Shown piece after piece: positions 51,317-60,231 of a stretch of 64,000 nucleotides of DNA. Position numbers and translations under genes: made by a program. The stretch covers positions 1,907 through 65,906 of the forward strand of contig JAZOUN010000115.1 of assembly GCA_045658165.1 (NCBI GenBank), written 5' to 3'. Each line of letters starts with the position of its first letter. Position 1 is the first letter of the stretch. Below the pieces are notes generated by a model, which did not search any database, was not told where the DNA came from, and was given only the letters and a program-made list of their open reading frames with translations. The stretch is from Acutalibacteraceae bacterium (GTDB lineage: Bacteria; Bacillota; Clostridia; Oscillospirales; Acutalibacteraceae).

Positions 51317-52681
51317 TCAAAAAATTATTGTATTAACGCTCTTTGCCGAAATTACAATGTCTTTTTCTGCAATTTTTTCCGTAAGGTCATTATCCTTATC
51401 TGTTACGATAATTCTTACGCTTCCCTTTGCATCCTCAAGTGTAATTTTTTCACATTTTTCCGTATCGTTGATTACAATCAATACATTTTCATCGTCTTTT
51501 CTGAAAGCCAGAACCTTAAGATTCTTGTTTTCACACTCTGTACCGATTTTTTCTGCACCGAAGGGAATATATTTAGAGAAATTTCCCGTTACATAATATC
51601 GTTTTGTCATTTCAAAAGATTTATCTTCAAGATTTATGTAAATGAGACCGTCGCAATAATCAACTTCTGAAACGGCAATCCAATGCTGCCAAGAAGAAAC
51701 GTTGAGAATGGAAATATCTTCATAAATGATATTTGCTGTAACAAGTGCGGAATTCATAGTCTTATCTCTTCCGCCATTCATATGACACCATTCACTCATT
51801 TTAACTTCAAGATCGGGATAGTGTTTATCAAGCCATTTTCTGTATCGTGTGACAAATGCAACTCTGTTATTGAAGCCTTTTACGGGAATGGGCAAAGGAA
51901 GACAATAGGAATGAACATCTACTGCATCAATTCTTTCCCTTACGCTTCTGAAAAACATAAGTGCTCTTGTATATGACTTATTGAACCAACGGACGTCTCC
52001 CGATTCCACACCGGAAAGTCTGACATCACGCAGTTTTTCTCTTTTATTCATTTCGTCGGCAAAGCGCTTCATTACAAGTGCCGCACTCAGAGGACTGTAA
52101 TGACATCCCTCCTGACCGCCGTTCCATATCCATATAGGTTCGTTTATGGGTGAAAGATATTTTATGGGTAATCCCTCATCAACAAAATGTTCTGTCACAT
52201 CAAGACAATAGGATGCAAATGATTTATAATTACGGAAAGCAAGATTATCCCTCATTATCTGCCATTTACCAAGATGTGACCAACCGTTTTTTGTAAGCCT
52301 TTCAACGGGAGAATTTACAAACAAAATGATTTCATCAGCACCGTCTGCCGCAGCCTGTTTCATCATATATACGGCATTTTTGTCACGGCTGAAATCGTAT
52401 TTCCCCTCACCGGCATCAAAACTTTCTGTCCGTCTCAGGGGATTGCCTATATCACCGTTGCCGGAATGTGCCGAACCGGCACCGATATTATAACGGTAGG
52501 TACGAAGTCCTATTCCTTTTTCTTTGCTGTAAAGAAGCTGAGATATTCTGTCCCTTACTGCAAGACCGCTGGAAGGATCAATATGATCCCATCCGCCAAC
52601 TTCCTGCGCCCACCAGGCACCGCTGGCACCGAAACCTTCAAACCTGCCGTAAGTTTTATTGAAATCAAGTTTTATTTTCAT
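51317..52681 (-). CDS. glycoside hydrolase family 30-like protein
   Basis: 454 aa with N-terminal GFGASGAWWAQ, a clan GH-A acid/base region SPINEP and a nucleophile region MSEWC. Confidence 0.75.
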   Translation of the reverse strand: MKIKLDFNKTYGRFEGFGASGAWWAQEVGGWDHIDPSSGLAVRDRISQLLYSKEKGIGLRTYRYNIGAGSAHSGNGDIGNPLRRTESFDAGEGKYDFSRDKNAVYMMKQAAADGADEIILFVNSPVERLTKNGWSHLGKWQIMRDNLAFRNYKSFASYCLDVTEHFVDEGLPIKYLSPINEPIWIWNGGQEGCHYSPLSAALVMKRFADEMNKREKLRDVRLSGVESGDVRWFNKSYTRALMFFRSVRERIDAVDVHSYCLPLPIPVKGFNNRVAFVTRYRKWLDKHYPDLEVKMSEWCHMNGGRDKTMNSALVTANIIYEDISILNVSSWQHWIAVSEVDYCDGLIYINLEDKSFEMTKRYYVTGNFSKYIPFGAEKIGTECENKNLKVLAFRKDDENVLIVINDTEKCEKITLEDAKGSVRIIVTDKDNDLTEKIAEKDIVISAKSVNTIIF

Positions 52682-52710
52682 TCTGATTTTCTCCCGAAAC
52701 TGTTATAATT

Positions 52711-52738
52711 AAATAATATAAAAATTTTTATATTATTT
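52711..52738. repeat. perfect 28-bp AT palindrome upstream of the GH30-transporter operon
   Basis: aaataatataaaaa|tttttatattattt. Verified base by base. It lies 30-57 nt upstream of the GH30 start codon. Confidence 0.8.
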
Positions 52739-52768
52739 CAATACTTTTTTCGCAATTCGAAATAAAAG

Positions 52769-52799
52769 AAAAAAACCACGGTAAAACCGTGGTTTTTTT
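52769..52799. terminator. bidirectional terminator
   Basis: aaCCACGGtaaaaCCGTGGtt, flanked by A7 and T7. Confidence 0.7.
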
Positions 52800-52944
52800 C
52801 GGGGAAGAGAAAATAAAATGAAAAGGAATTTTTAATATTAAGTATGTGCTTATTATAAGCAACTTCCTTTGTATTTTTTATACCCTTTTGTTAACAAACT
52901 GTAAACAATATACTCATAATTGTTACATAATTGCAACATACTGT

Positions 52945-53958
52945 TTACACTCTTCCCCCAAGGGTTGTTTTTTCAGGTGTTTTTGCTGTTGTTGTTTCGG
53001 GAATAGTTTCGGGAACTATCTGCGAAACGGGTTCTGAACTGTCTTCTGTAATTGTTGTCATTTCAAATGTTATAGTTTCGGGAACAGTTGAAGAAACTGT
53101 TCTTATTGAGTTGATATAATAACTTCCCTGCAGTTCTTGAAGTGTTATCTGCATTACCTTATCCGGCTCAGGAGTAACAAAGTTACCCTCATCATCCTGA
53201 TACCAGCTTTCAGAAACAAGATAATTTACAGTTACAACAAGTGCTGTGCCTGATTTTTCAACTTTTGTTACCTGCGGAGTGTAAATAGGTGAAATGGTTG
53301 TAACGGGAATTTTATAAACTGCGCCTGTGCTGTCGTATTCAAAAACGCAGTTATAGCCCTGAACTGTTGAATGGGTTATTGATTTTGCCGTTTCGGGACC
53401 GAAAATTGATATATATGCACTCTCAACATCCTTTGCGGGAATAAGCAGATAACCGCCTGAATAGGAATAAGTATCGGGAGTTGCATCTGCACTGAGAATT
53501 GACCATATAGCGGCATTAAGCAGCTGTTTCTGATCGGCAGCAGTTATATCATCAAATGTGTCGGGATCAACAGCAACAATCGGTTTGAGATATTCATTGT
53601 AATCTGCAAATTCGCTGCCTGTATCAATAGTGCTTTTTATATAGGTAACACTGTTCCACACAAGAAGCACCATACCTATAACAGCAAAAATAAAAATCAC
53701 AAGACCGAGAAGAAAAGACAATTTATCGGGATATTTTTTTGCTTTTGTTTCTCTTCGACGGAGTTTTTCCTGCTTTTTATTATCTTTTTTTTCTTTTTTC
53801 TTTTCAGCTTTTTCATCAGTCTTTTCAGGCTCTGCAGGAGTTTCATTTTCCAGAGGCTCTTCAGACCGTGCAAAAAAAGATCTGCTGTTTTTCAGCAAGA
53901 TATCAGCTGTTATGTCTTCATTTATTTCCTGAGGTTCAGTTTTCTTATCTTCGTTCAA
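52945..53958 (-). CDS. membrane-anchored hypothetical protein (Lys/Glu-rich N-tail, 1 TM, extracellular domain, Thr/Pro/Glu-rich tail)
   Basis: 337 aa with the TM segment LSFLLGLVIFIFAVIGMVLLVW. No catalytic motif seen. Confidence 0.6.
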   Translation of the reverse strand: MNEDKKTEPQEINEDITADILLKNSRSFFARSEEPLENETPAEPEKTDEKAEKKKEKKDNKKQEKLRRRETKAKKYPDKLSFLLGLVIFIFAVIGMVLLVWNSVTYIKSTIDTGSEFADYNEYLKPIVAVDPDTFDDITAADQKQLLNAAIWSILSADATPDTYSYSGGYLLIPAKDVESAYISIFGPETAKSITHSTVQGYNCVFEYDSTGAVYKIPVTTISPIYTPQVTKVEKSGTALVVTVNYLVSESWYQDDEGNFVTPEPDKVMQITLQELQGSYYINSIRTVSSTVPETITFEMTTITEDSSEPVSQIVPETIPETTTAKTPEKTTLGGRV

Positions 53959-53972
53959 GTTATAACCTCCAA

Positions 53973-55226
53973 TTATCTGATCTGTCCGTTACCTCTGATA
54001 ACATATTTGTAGGATGTAAGTTCGGGAAGTCCTACAGGGCCTCTTACGTGCAGTTTCTGATTTGAAATACCTATTTCTGCGCCGAAACCGAATTCACCGC
54101 CGTCTGTGAATCTTGTACTTGCATTGATATATACAGCAGAAGAATTGACTTCATTTGCAAATTTCTCAGCTGCACTGTAATTTTCGGTGATAATACTCTC
54201 GCTGTGATCGGTACTGTACTTTGCAATATGTGCAATTGCATCATCAATACTGTCAACAACTTTTACTGCAATTTTGTAATCAAGATACTCTGCATACCAG
54301 TCATCTTCCGTTGCAGGAACAACATCGGGAAGAATCTGCTGTACAGCTTCATCGCCTATAATCACAACGTTTTTCTTATCAAGCTGTTCTTTTATTGCAA
54401 TAAGTGCAAATTCAGCAACATCTTTATGCACAAGAAGACTTTCACATGCGTTGCAGACTGAAACGCGAGAAGTCTTTGCATTAAGCACAATTTCAGCCGC
54501 CATATCGATATCAGCATCTTTATCCACATAAATATGGCAGTTGCCTTCGCCCGTTCTGATTACGGGAACTGTAGAATTTTTCACAACAGACTGAATGAGT
54601 CCTTTTCCGCCTCTGGGAATAAGAACATCAACATATTCATTGAGTTTCATAAGCTCCGATGCTGTTTCTCTGTCTGTTTTTTCAATAAACTGAATACAAT
54701 CTGCAGGAAGAGAAGCACTCTCTGCGGCACTTCTCATAACTTCTGCCATGGCTTTATTTGTATTAATTGCTTCCTTACCGCCGCGGAGAATAACAGTATT
54801 ACCTGATTTAAGGCAAAGTGCTGCAGCATCTGCAGTTACATTTGGTCTTGCCTCGTATATTACGGCAATTACACCAAGAGGCACACTGACTTTTGTTATA
54901 TTGAGTCCGTTGGGACGGGTAACACCGGAAATGGTTTTACCTACAGGATCATCAAGAGCAATAATTTCAATAATTGCCGATGCAATTTTCTCGATTCTTG
55001 AACCGTCGAGCATGAGTCTGTCAAGCATTGCATCTGAAAGATTGTTCCGACGACCGTTTTCAAGATCCTTTTTATTTTCGGAAATTATTTTTTCCGCATT
55101 TTCTTTCAATGACTGTGCAATTGCACGCAGTGCATTGTTTTTTGTTTCGGAAGATGCAACAGACAGCACCTTTGATGCTTCCTTCGCTTTAATTCCGATA
55201 TCAACAAGATATGTATTTTCAGCCAT
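53973..55226 (-). CDS. proA: glutamate-5-semialdehyde dehydrogenase
   Basis: Start taken at MAENTYL (SD AAAGGA). Aldehyde dehydrogenase fold with the catalytic Cys region SRVSVCNACESLLVH. Confidence 0.93.
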   Translation of the reverse strand: MAENTYLVDIGIKAKEASKVLSVASSETKNNALRAIAQSLKENAEKIISENKKDLENGRRNNLSDAMLDRLMLDGSRIEKIASAIIEIIALDDPVGKTISGVTRPNGLNITKVSVPLGVIAVIYEARPNVTADAAALCLKSGNTVILRGGKEAINTNKAMAEVMRSAAESASLPADCIQFIEKTDRETASELMKLNEYVDVLIPRGGKGLIQSVVKNSTVPVIRTGEGNCHIYVDKDADIDMAAEIVLNAKTSRVSVCNACESLLVHKDVAEFALIAIKEQLDKKNVVIIGDEAVQQILPDVVPATEDDWYAEYLDYKIAVKVVDSIDDAIAHIAKYSTDHSESIITENYSAAEKFANEVNSSAVYINASTRFTDGGEFGFGAEIGISNQKLHVRGPVGLPELTSYKYVIRGNGQIR

Positions 55227-55230
55227 AATA

Positions 55231-56037
55231 TCAGTCCTTTTTGCCAACAAAAAATGTTCCTATCTGATGTCCGTCAATAAGTTTATAAATTTCACGGGGA
55301 TCAGTTCCGCTCATAATAACGGTATCTATTCCTGCACCTGTGGAGATTTCGGCAGCGTTGAGCTTTGTTATCATTCCGCCTGTACCTCTGTTTGAACCTG
55401 CATCACCTGCAAGAGCTTTTATTTCAGGGGTAATCTCATCCACAACGGGAATAAGTCTTGCATTCATATCCTCCTGCGGATTTGCGTCAAACAAGCCGTC
55501 AATATCGGTAAGAATTACAAGCGCATCTGCATTTATGAGTTTTGCAACAATTGCTGAAAGGCTGTCGTTATCACCGTAAACAATTTCTTCAACAGCAACT
55601 GAGTCATTCTCATTGACGATGGGAATTGCACCGTATTCAAACATTGTATTGAATGCATTTATAAGGTTATTTCTTCTTTCTTCATTCTCAACGTCACTCT
55701 TTGTTATAAGAAGCTGACCTATTGTATGAGAATACTCTGAGAAGAATTTATCGTACATAAACATCAGTTCACACTGACCGATACATGCGGCAGCCTGTCT
55801 GCCCGGAGTGTCCTTAGGTCTTTCTTTGAGTCCGAGTTTGCCTACACCCACACCGATTGCACCGGATGTAACAAGAACAATTTCCCTGCCTTCATTGCGA
55901 AGATCGGAAAGTATTGAAACAAGCTTTGCCATTCTGCGGATATTTGTTTTTCCCGTTGAATATGTAAGAGTGGAAGTACCCACTTTAAAAACTATTCTTT
56001 TTGCATTTCTGATTCCGGTCAAGATTTTCACATCCAA
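55231..56037 (-). CDS. proB: glutamate 5-kinase (short form, no PUA domain)
   Basis: 268 aa with RIVFKVGTSTLT, VTSGAIGVG and GDNDSLSA motifs. Confidence 0.93.
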   Translation of the reverse strand: MDVKILTGIRNAKRIVFKVGTSTLTYSTGKTNIRRMAKLVSILSDLRNEGREIVLVTSGAIGVGVGKLGLKERPKDTPGRQAAACIGQCELMFMYDKFFSEYSHTIGQLLITKSDVENEERRNNLINAFNTMFEYGAIPIVNENDSVAVEEIVYGDNDSLSAIVAKLINADALVILTDIDGLFDANPQEDMNARLIPVVDEITPEIKALAGDAGSNRGTGGMITKLNAAEISTGAGIDTVIMSGTDPREIYKLIDGHQIGTFFVGKKD

Positions 56038-56258
56038 ATATAGTAATACTTATATATTATATCACAATATGATAATTTTACAATAGAAAAAAATAATATA
56101 AATTATATTATAACTGCAATACAAAACAGAAATCCTGAAAGTTGCACAAAAAACATAATACTATGCTTGTGCAACATGCAACAAAAAGATTTTTTTATTG
56201 CTTTTTATATTAAAAATATGGTATTATAGTTCCGTATTAAAAAAAGGAGGAAATTTTT

Positions 56259-57584
56259 ATGAAATCATTTTCTAAAAAATTAATTTCAACTGTTCTTGCA
56301 GTTATCATGCTCGCAACAATTGCAGTTCCCGCATTTGCAGAAAACACAGTTGAATACACAATTACAAATCCTTATGAAACAGTAGACTGGGAAACATGGG
56401 GTCAGTACAAAGCTATGCTTCATACTCACACTCTTTACAGTGACGGTGAAATGGATGTTAAAGACGTTGTAGAAGAATACTACGCACGTGATTATGACAT
56501 TCTTGCTATCACAGACCACGGTGTTGTAAACAAGGGTTGGGATACAAAGCCCGAAATGCTTCCCCTCATCGGTTACAACCAGTACATCAAATGGCTCACT
56601 CCCATGAGCGCTGAAAGATATGCAGAAATCACTACCGGTGCAGACCGTGACGGCAGAGGTATGCTTGACGTATCACAGGGTATCGAAATGAACGGTGTTG
56701 TTATGAGAAAGAACCACGTTAACGGTTTCTTCTGCGGATACGGCCAGGGCATGTGGGGTGAAGAGGAAGATTACGAAGGTCCCGTTGCAGGTACAGAAGC
56801 AGCAGGCGGTATTTCTTTCATCAACCATCCCGGTGACTTCTATGCAGTTCATCACGATATTGAAAAGGCTTCTGATCCTGAAATCCTCAAGACATGGACA
56901 GATATTTTCCTTAAGTATAAAAGCTGCGTAGGTGTTGAAGTTTACAACGAACGTGATACAGTTGCAAGATACGACCGTATAATCTGGGACAACCTTCTTA
57001 TGTACACAATTCCCAGAGGCAGAAATATCTGGGCTTTTGCAAATGATGACTCTCACTTCCTTTCAACAATCGGTGTTACAGCTGATATGATGCTTATGCC
57101 CGAAAACACAGAAGAAAATCTTCGTACAGCTATGGAAAACGGTACATTCTTTGCTTGCTCAACAATTTCAAAGGTTGAAATGGGTGAAGAATTCAGAGGT
57201 ACAGGCGACTACGCAAAGGTTACAAACATTGTTGTAGATGAAGAAAACGATGTAATCACAGCAACAATCGAATCAACAACAGATTACACAGTTGAATGGG
57301 TTGCTGACGGTGAAATCATTGCAACAGGCGATTCAATCAACCTTCGTGACTACAGTGAAGAAATCGGTTCTTATGTTCGTTTCCAGATCAAGAACGAAGG
57401 CGGTATCGTTCTTTCACAGCCCTTCGTATGTGACGACGGAAACATGGAAGCATGCATGGTATACTACCCCGAAGAACCCGAATATCCCGAAATCGTAAAA
57501 TTCTTTATGCAGATTCTTGAAAAACTCAGAAAGAATATCATCGGTGAACTTATTTACAGAGCAATCGAGCTTGATAATATGTAA
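56259..57584 (+). CDS. secreted PHP-domain protein
   Basis: Signal peptide plus PHP motifs HTHTLYSDGE and ITDHG. Confidence 0.7.
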   Translation: MKSFSKKLISTVLAVIMLATIAVPAFAENTVEYTITNPYETVDWETWGQYKAMLHTHTLYSDGEMDVKDVVEEYYARDYDILAITDHGVVNKGWDTKPEMLPLIGYNQYIKWLTPMSAERYAEITTGADRDGRGMLDVSQGIEMNGVVMRKNHVNGFFCGYGQGMWGEEEDYEGPVAGTEAAGGISFINHPGDFYAVHHDIEKASDPEILKTWTDIFLKYKSCVGVEVYNERDTVARYDRIIWDNLLMYTIPRGRNIWAFANDDSHFLSTIGVTADMMLMPENTEENLRTAMENGTFFACSTISKVEMGEEFRGTGDYAKVTNIVVDEENDVITATIESTTDYTVEWVADGEIIATGDSINLRDYSEEIGSYVRFQIKNEGGIVLSQPFVCDDGNMEACMVYYPEEPEYPEIVKFFMQILEKLRKNIIGELIYRAIELDNM

Positions 57585-57593
57585 TTAAAAATT

Positions 57594-57630
57594 AAAACTG
57601 CTTCATATTCCACATATGAGGCAGTTTTTG
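57594..57630 (+). terminator. intrinsic terminator
   Basis: 10-bp stem 57598-57607/57615-57624 (one G-U). T5 follows. Confidence 0.65.
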
Positions 57631-57784
57631 TGTATATTACACAATTTATATTTCAAATGATGTAAATTACAGCCAATGTTTACATTTTATTCATTCTACC
57701 TAAACATTTACATAATATTTATACTGTAAACTTATACTAACAGGATTACTCTTGTGGAATTTTTTCGGAAAGGTGGCAACAACT

Positions 57785-57883
57785 ATGTTTTTTGTAGATC
57801 TTCTTATCAGAATCCGTGACATCATCAAGAAGCTTGCAAATATGACTACTGCCGATTTCGACAGCATCAAGAACTTATTCTGA
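57785..57883 (+). CDS. candidate 32-aa amphipathic peptide (unannotated small ORF)
   Basis: Read by hand. ATG at 57785, 9 nt after AAAGGTGG. Peptide: MFFVDLLIRIRDIIKKLANMTTADFDSIKNLF. Stop at 57881-57883. A terminator hairpin starts about 40 nt downstream. Confidence 0.3.
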   Translation: MFFVDLLIRIRDIIKKLANMTTADFDSIKNLF

Positions 57884-57920
57884 TACAGATTCAAAATTTT
57901 AAGACAACGTAAAATAAACG

Positions 57921-57960
57921 AAAAAGTACATCTTCCTGCGAAGATGTACTTTTATTTTTT
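57921..57960. terminator. bidirectional terminator
   Basis: 11-bp stem 57925-57935/57940-57950 with A-rich and T-rich flanks. It lies between the small ORF and the GH36 gene. Confidence 0.7.
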
Positions 57961-60079
57961 AGTCTTTCAGCCTGTAAAGTATGAGTTCTGAAGACAGTGC
58001 AGATGAAATACGGACAGTTATTCCGTGAGAGATAAGCTGTCTTCCGCTGACTTCAAACTCTTCGTTGCTGTTATCAAGAGTTACAACATATGTATTGCCT
58101 GCGTTTATTCCCTTCGGAAAAACGGTGAATTTATCTGCAGCAGGTTTTACAAGAGTAAATGCGGCAATAACGCCCTTTGTCCGTTCTTCTGAGGTAAGCT
58201 CCATGCAGATATATCCGTCCCTGTGCGCCTGAACAGTATCAGGTGTATGATGATAAATTGAAGATGTGGGAAGAAAATCTCTTATAAAGTTCTTATATAT
58301 ATCAACACTGTGTTTTACAAATTCCATCTGCAAAGGATTATTCACTTTTCCGAATGGAGCAACAGTGTTAAGGCTCATATGTCCGAGCATGACATTACGC
58401 ATATGCAGATCGAGTGCGCCCTGAGAATGACAACCCATTCCTGCAAAAAGTCTGTCTACCTTTTCGGGCGGAAGTGCCATTGTCATTCCGTTTGTTATCA
58501 TAACAGAATAAGGTGAACGCTGATTATCACTTACCCATGTATGGCTGAAATACTGCATAAGTCCGAGGTCACTTCTGCCGCCTCCGCCTGCACAGTTTTC
58601 AAAAACAACACCGGGAAAACGTTTCTGCAGATTTTCATACATACGGTATACGGCATTGAATCTGCGCAAGGACTTACAATCACCCTTTTCACCGATACCG
58701 TAATAGCTTCTGAAAGAACCGTTGTTGTCAACACGGAGAAGATCAAGACTGAAATTCTCAATCATTGCAGCAAGTTCATTTTCACACCATTCGGCAACTT
58801 CGGGGTTTGTCATATCAAGCAGAGAATCTGCTTTTCTGCCGTAAATATCTTTTGCAAACCATTCAGGTTTATTATTATGGATTTCAGAAAGACGTCCTGC
58901 ATTTTCAATATCTGCCCACATACCGAATTTCATACCCAGCCCGTGGCAATAGTCTGAAATTTCCTTTATTCCGGAGGGGTAACGTTCAGGGTGAGGTGTG
59001 TTGTTTCCGCAGTATTCTCCCCATTTCATCTGTTCACCCACGGGACAATACCATCCGGCATCAACAATAAATATTTCTGCACCCATTTCGGCTGCACTTC
59101 GCATATATTCCTTTGTACATTCAACCGACATATCATGTTCTGCACCCATTCCGAATCCAACAAGAAGTGAAGTCGGCGGCAGACATTTTCTTGTATGAGA
59201 ATGCATTTCGTTTACGGCTTCGTCAATTCCTCCGACGATAGCACCCATATGAACCGACGGAGTTACAAAATTTTCGAATGGACTGATAACTGCAAACGGG
59301 TTATAAGAAGTGATTTCAGCTGTCAGAGAAATGTATGTATCGTCATTTTCCCGTGTGGCGTTGTAATCCACGGAGAATCTGCATCCGCCGCTGTAGGCAA
59401 TCTGAGAGAAATATGTGACACCTGTTATGTTGTTTTTAAGAAACACCAACGGATGACGGAATCTGTCTCTTCTGAAACGCGAATCTATTGTAAGCGTATC
59501 GGGAGTCACTTTTCTGAATGTGAACTGTCCTTCCTTTGCCCAATGAGTGTTTTCAAAATAACCTAATGTGTAAAAATCATCAATTTCATTATCCCGGCAG
59601 AAACGGTTTTTCTGCATATTTTCAAGACCGCCTGAAAGAAGAGAAAGACGGCTGAGATTAATGCTTTGAGATGAAAGATTTTCAATTTCAAAATACCTGC
59701 TGAACATCTGAGTACCGTCAAGAACAGTATGTATCTTTATTCTTACGGGCTTGAGTTCGCTTTCGAGAGTAAGGATTCCCTCGGTTGATTTTTCTTTTTC
59801 TTCAATGGTGAAATCAACGAATTTAAGGCAGAAATCAACACTTTGCCCATCAAGCTCAATATTGAATGAAGACGGCTCCTGCCAATCAGAAGAATCGAGT
59901 CTTTCGGGCAGATTCTGCAGAGTATCGAGAGGATAACCTGCCGCATTATAGCCTGCAGGGACCAACATACCGTCGGCAAACATTTCCTCATACACCATGA
60001 GACCACTTCTGTAAGAAAAAACAGGATTCTCCCCTGCTTTATAATCAATTCTGAAAAAATTATCTCTCAACTCAAACAC
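57959..60079 (-). CDS. alpha-galactosidase (glycoside hydrolase family 36)
   Basis: 706 aa with FIVDAGWY, KFGMWADIEN and ENCAGGGGRSD motifs typical of GH36. Confidence 0.85.
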   Translation of the reverse strand: MFELRDNFFRIDYKAGENPVFSYRSGLMVYEEMFADGMLVPAGYNAAGYPLDTLQNLPERLDSSDWQEPSSFNIELDGQSVDFCLKFVDFTIEEKEKSTEGILTLESELKPVRIKIHTVLDGTQMFSRYFEIENLSSQSINLSRLSLLSGGLENMQKNRFCRDNEIDDFYTLGYFENTHWAKEGQFTFRKVTPDTLTIDSRFRRDRFRHPLVFLKNNITGVTYFSQIAYSGGCRFSVDYNATRENDDTYISLTAEITSYNPFAVISPFENFVTPSVHMGAIVGGIDEAVNEMHSHTRKCLPPTSLLVGFGMGAEHDMSVECTKEYMRSAAEMGAEIFIVDAGWYCPVGEQMKWGEYCGNNTPHPERYPSGIKEISDYCHGLGMKFGMWADIENAGRLSEIHNNKPEWFAKDIYGRKADSLLDMTNPEVAEWCENELAAMIENFSLDLLRVDNNGSFRSYYGIGEKGDCKSLRRFNAVYRMYENLQKRFPGVVFENCAGGGGRSDLGLMQYFSHTWVSDNQRSPYSVMITNGMTMALPPEKVDRLFAGMGCHSQGALDLHMRNVMLGHMSLNTVAPFGKVNNPLQMEFVKHSVDIYKNFIRDFLPTSSIYHHTPDTVQAHRDGYICMELTSEERTKGVIAAFTLVKPAADKFTVFPKGINAGNTYVVTLDNSNEEFEVSGRQLISHGITVRISSALSSELILYRLKD

Positions 60080-60165
60080 TCTTTTCTGAATTTATACATA
60101 TTACAATTATATCGGCAATATCAAAAAAAATCAACATTATAATTTCTGTGAAATCTGCGGATATA

Positions 60166-60194
60166 TTGACAGACTGTAACATTTTTGTTAAAAT
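60166..60194 (+). promoter_or_regulatory. sigma-A promoter
   Basis: TTGACA (60166-60171), 17-nt spacer, TAAAAT (60189-60194). Confidence 0.55.
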
Positions 60195-60231
60195 ATATTA
60201 GTATTAATATGTTGTTTAAGGAGACTTCGAT

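Noticed and set aside
55231-56037. Short proB (268 aa, no PUA domain) as a truncation or pseudogene.
   Set aside because: All kinase motifs are intact and the gene is followed directly by proA. PUA-less glutamate 5-kinases are a normal variant in Firmicutes.
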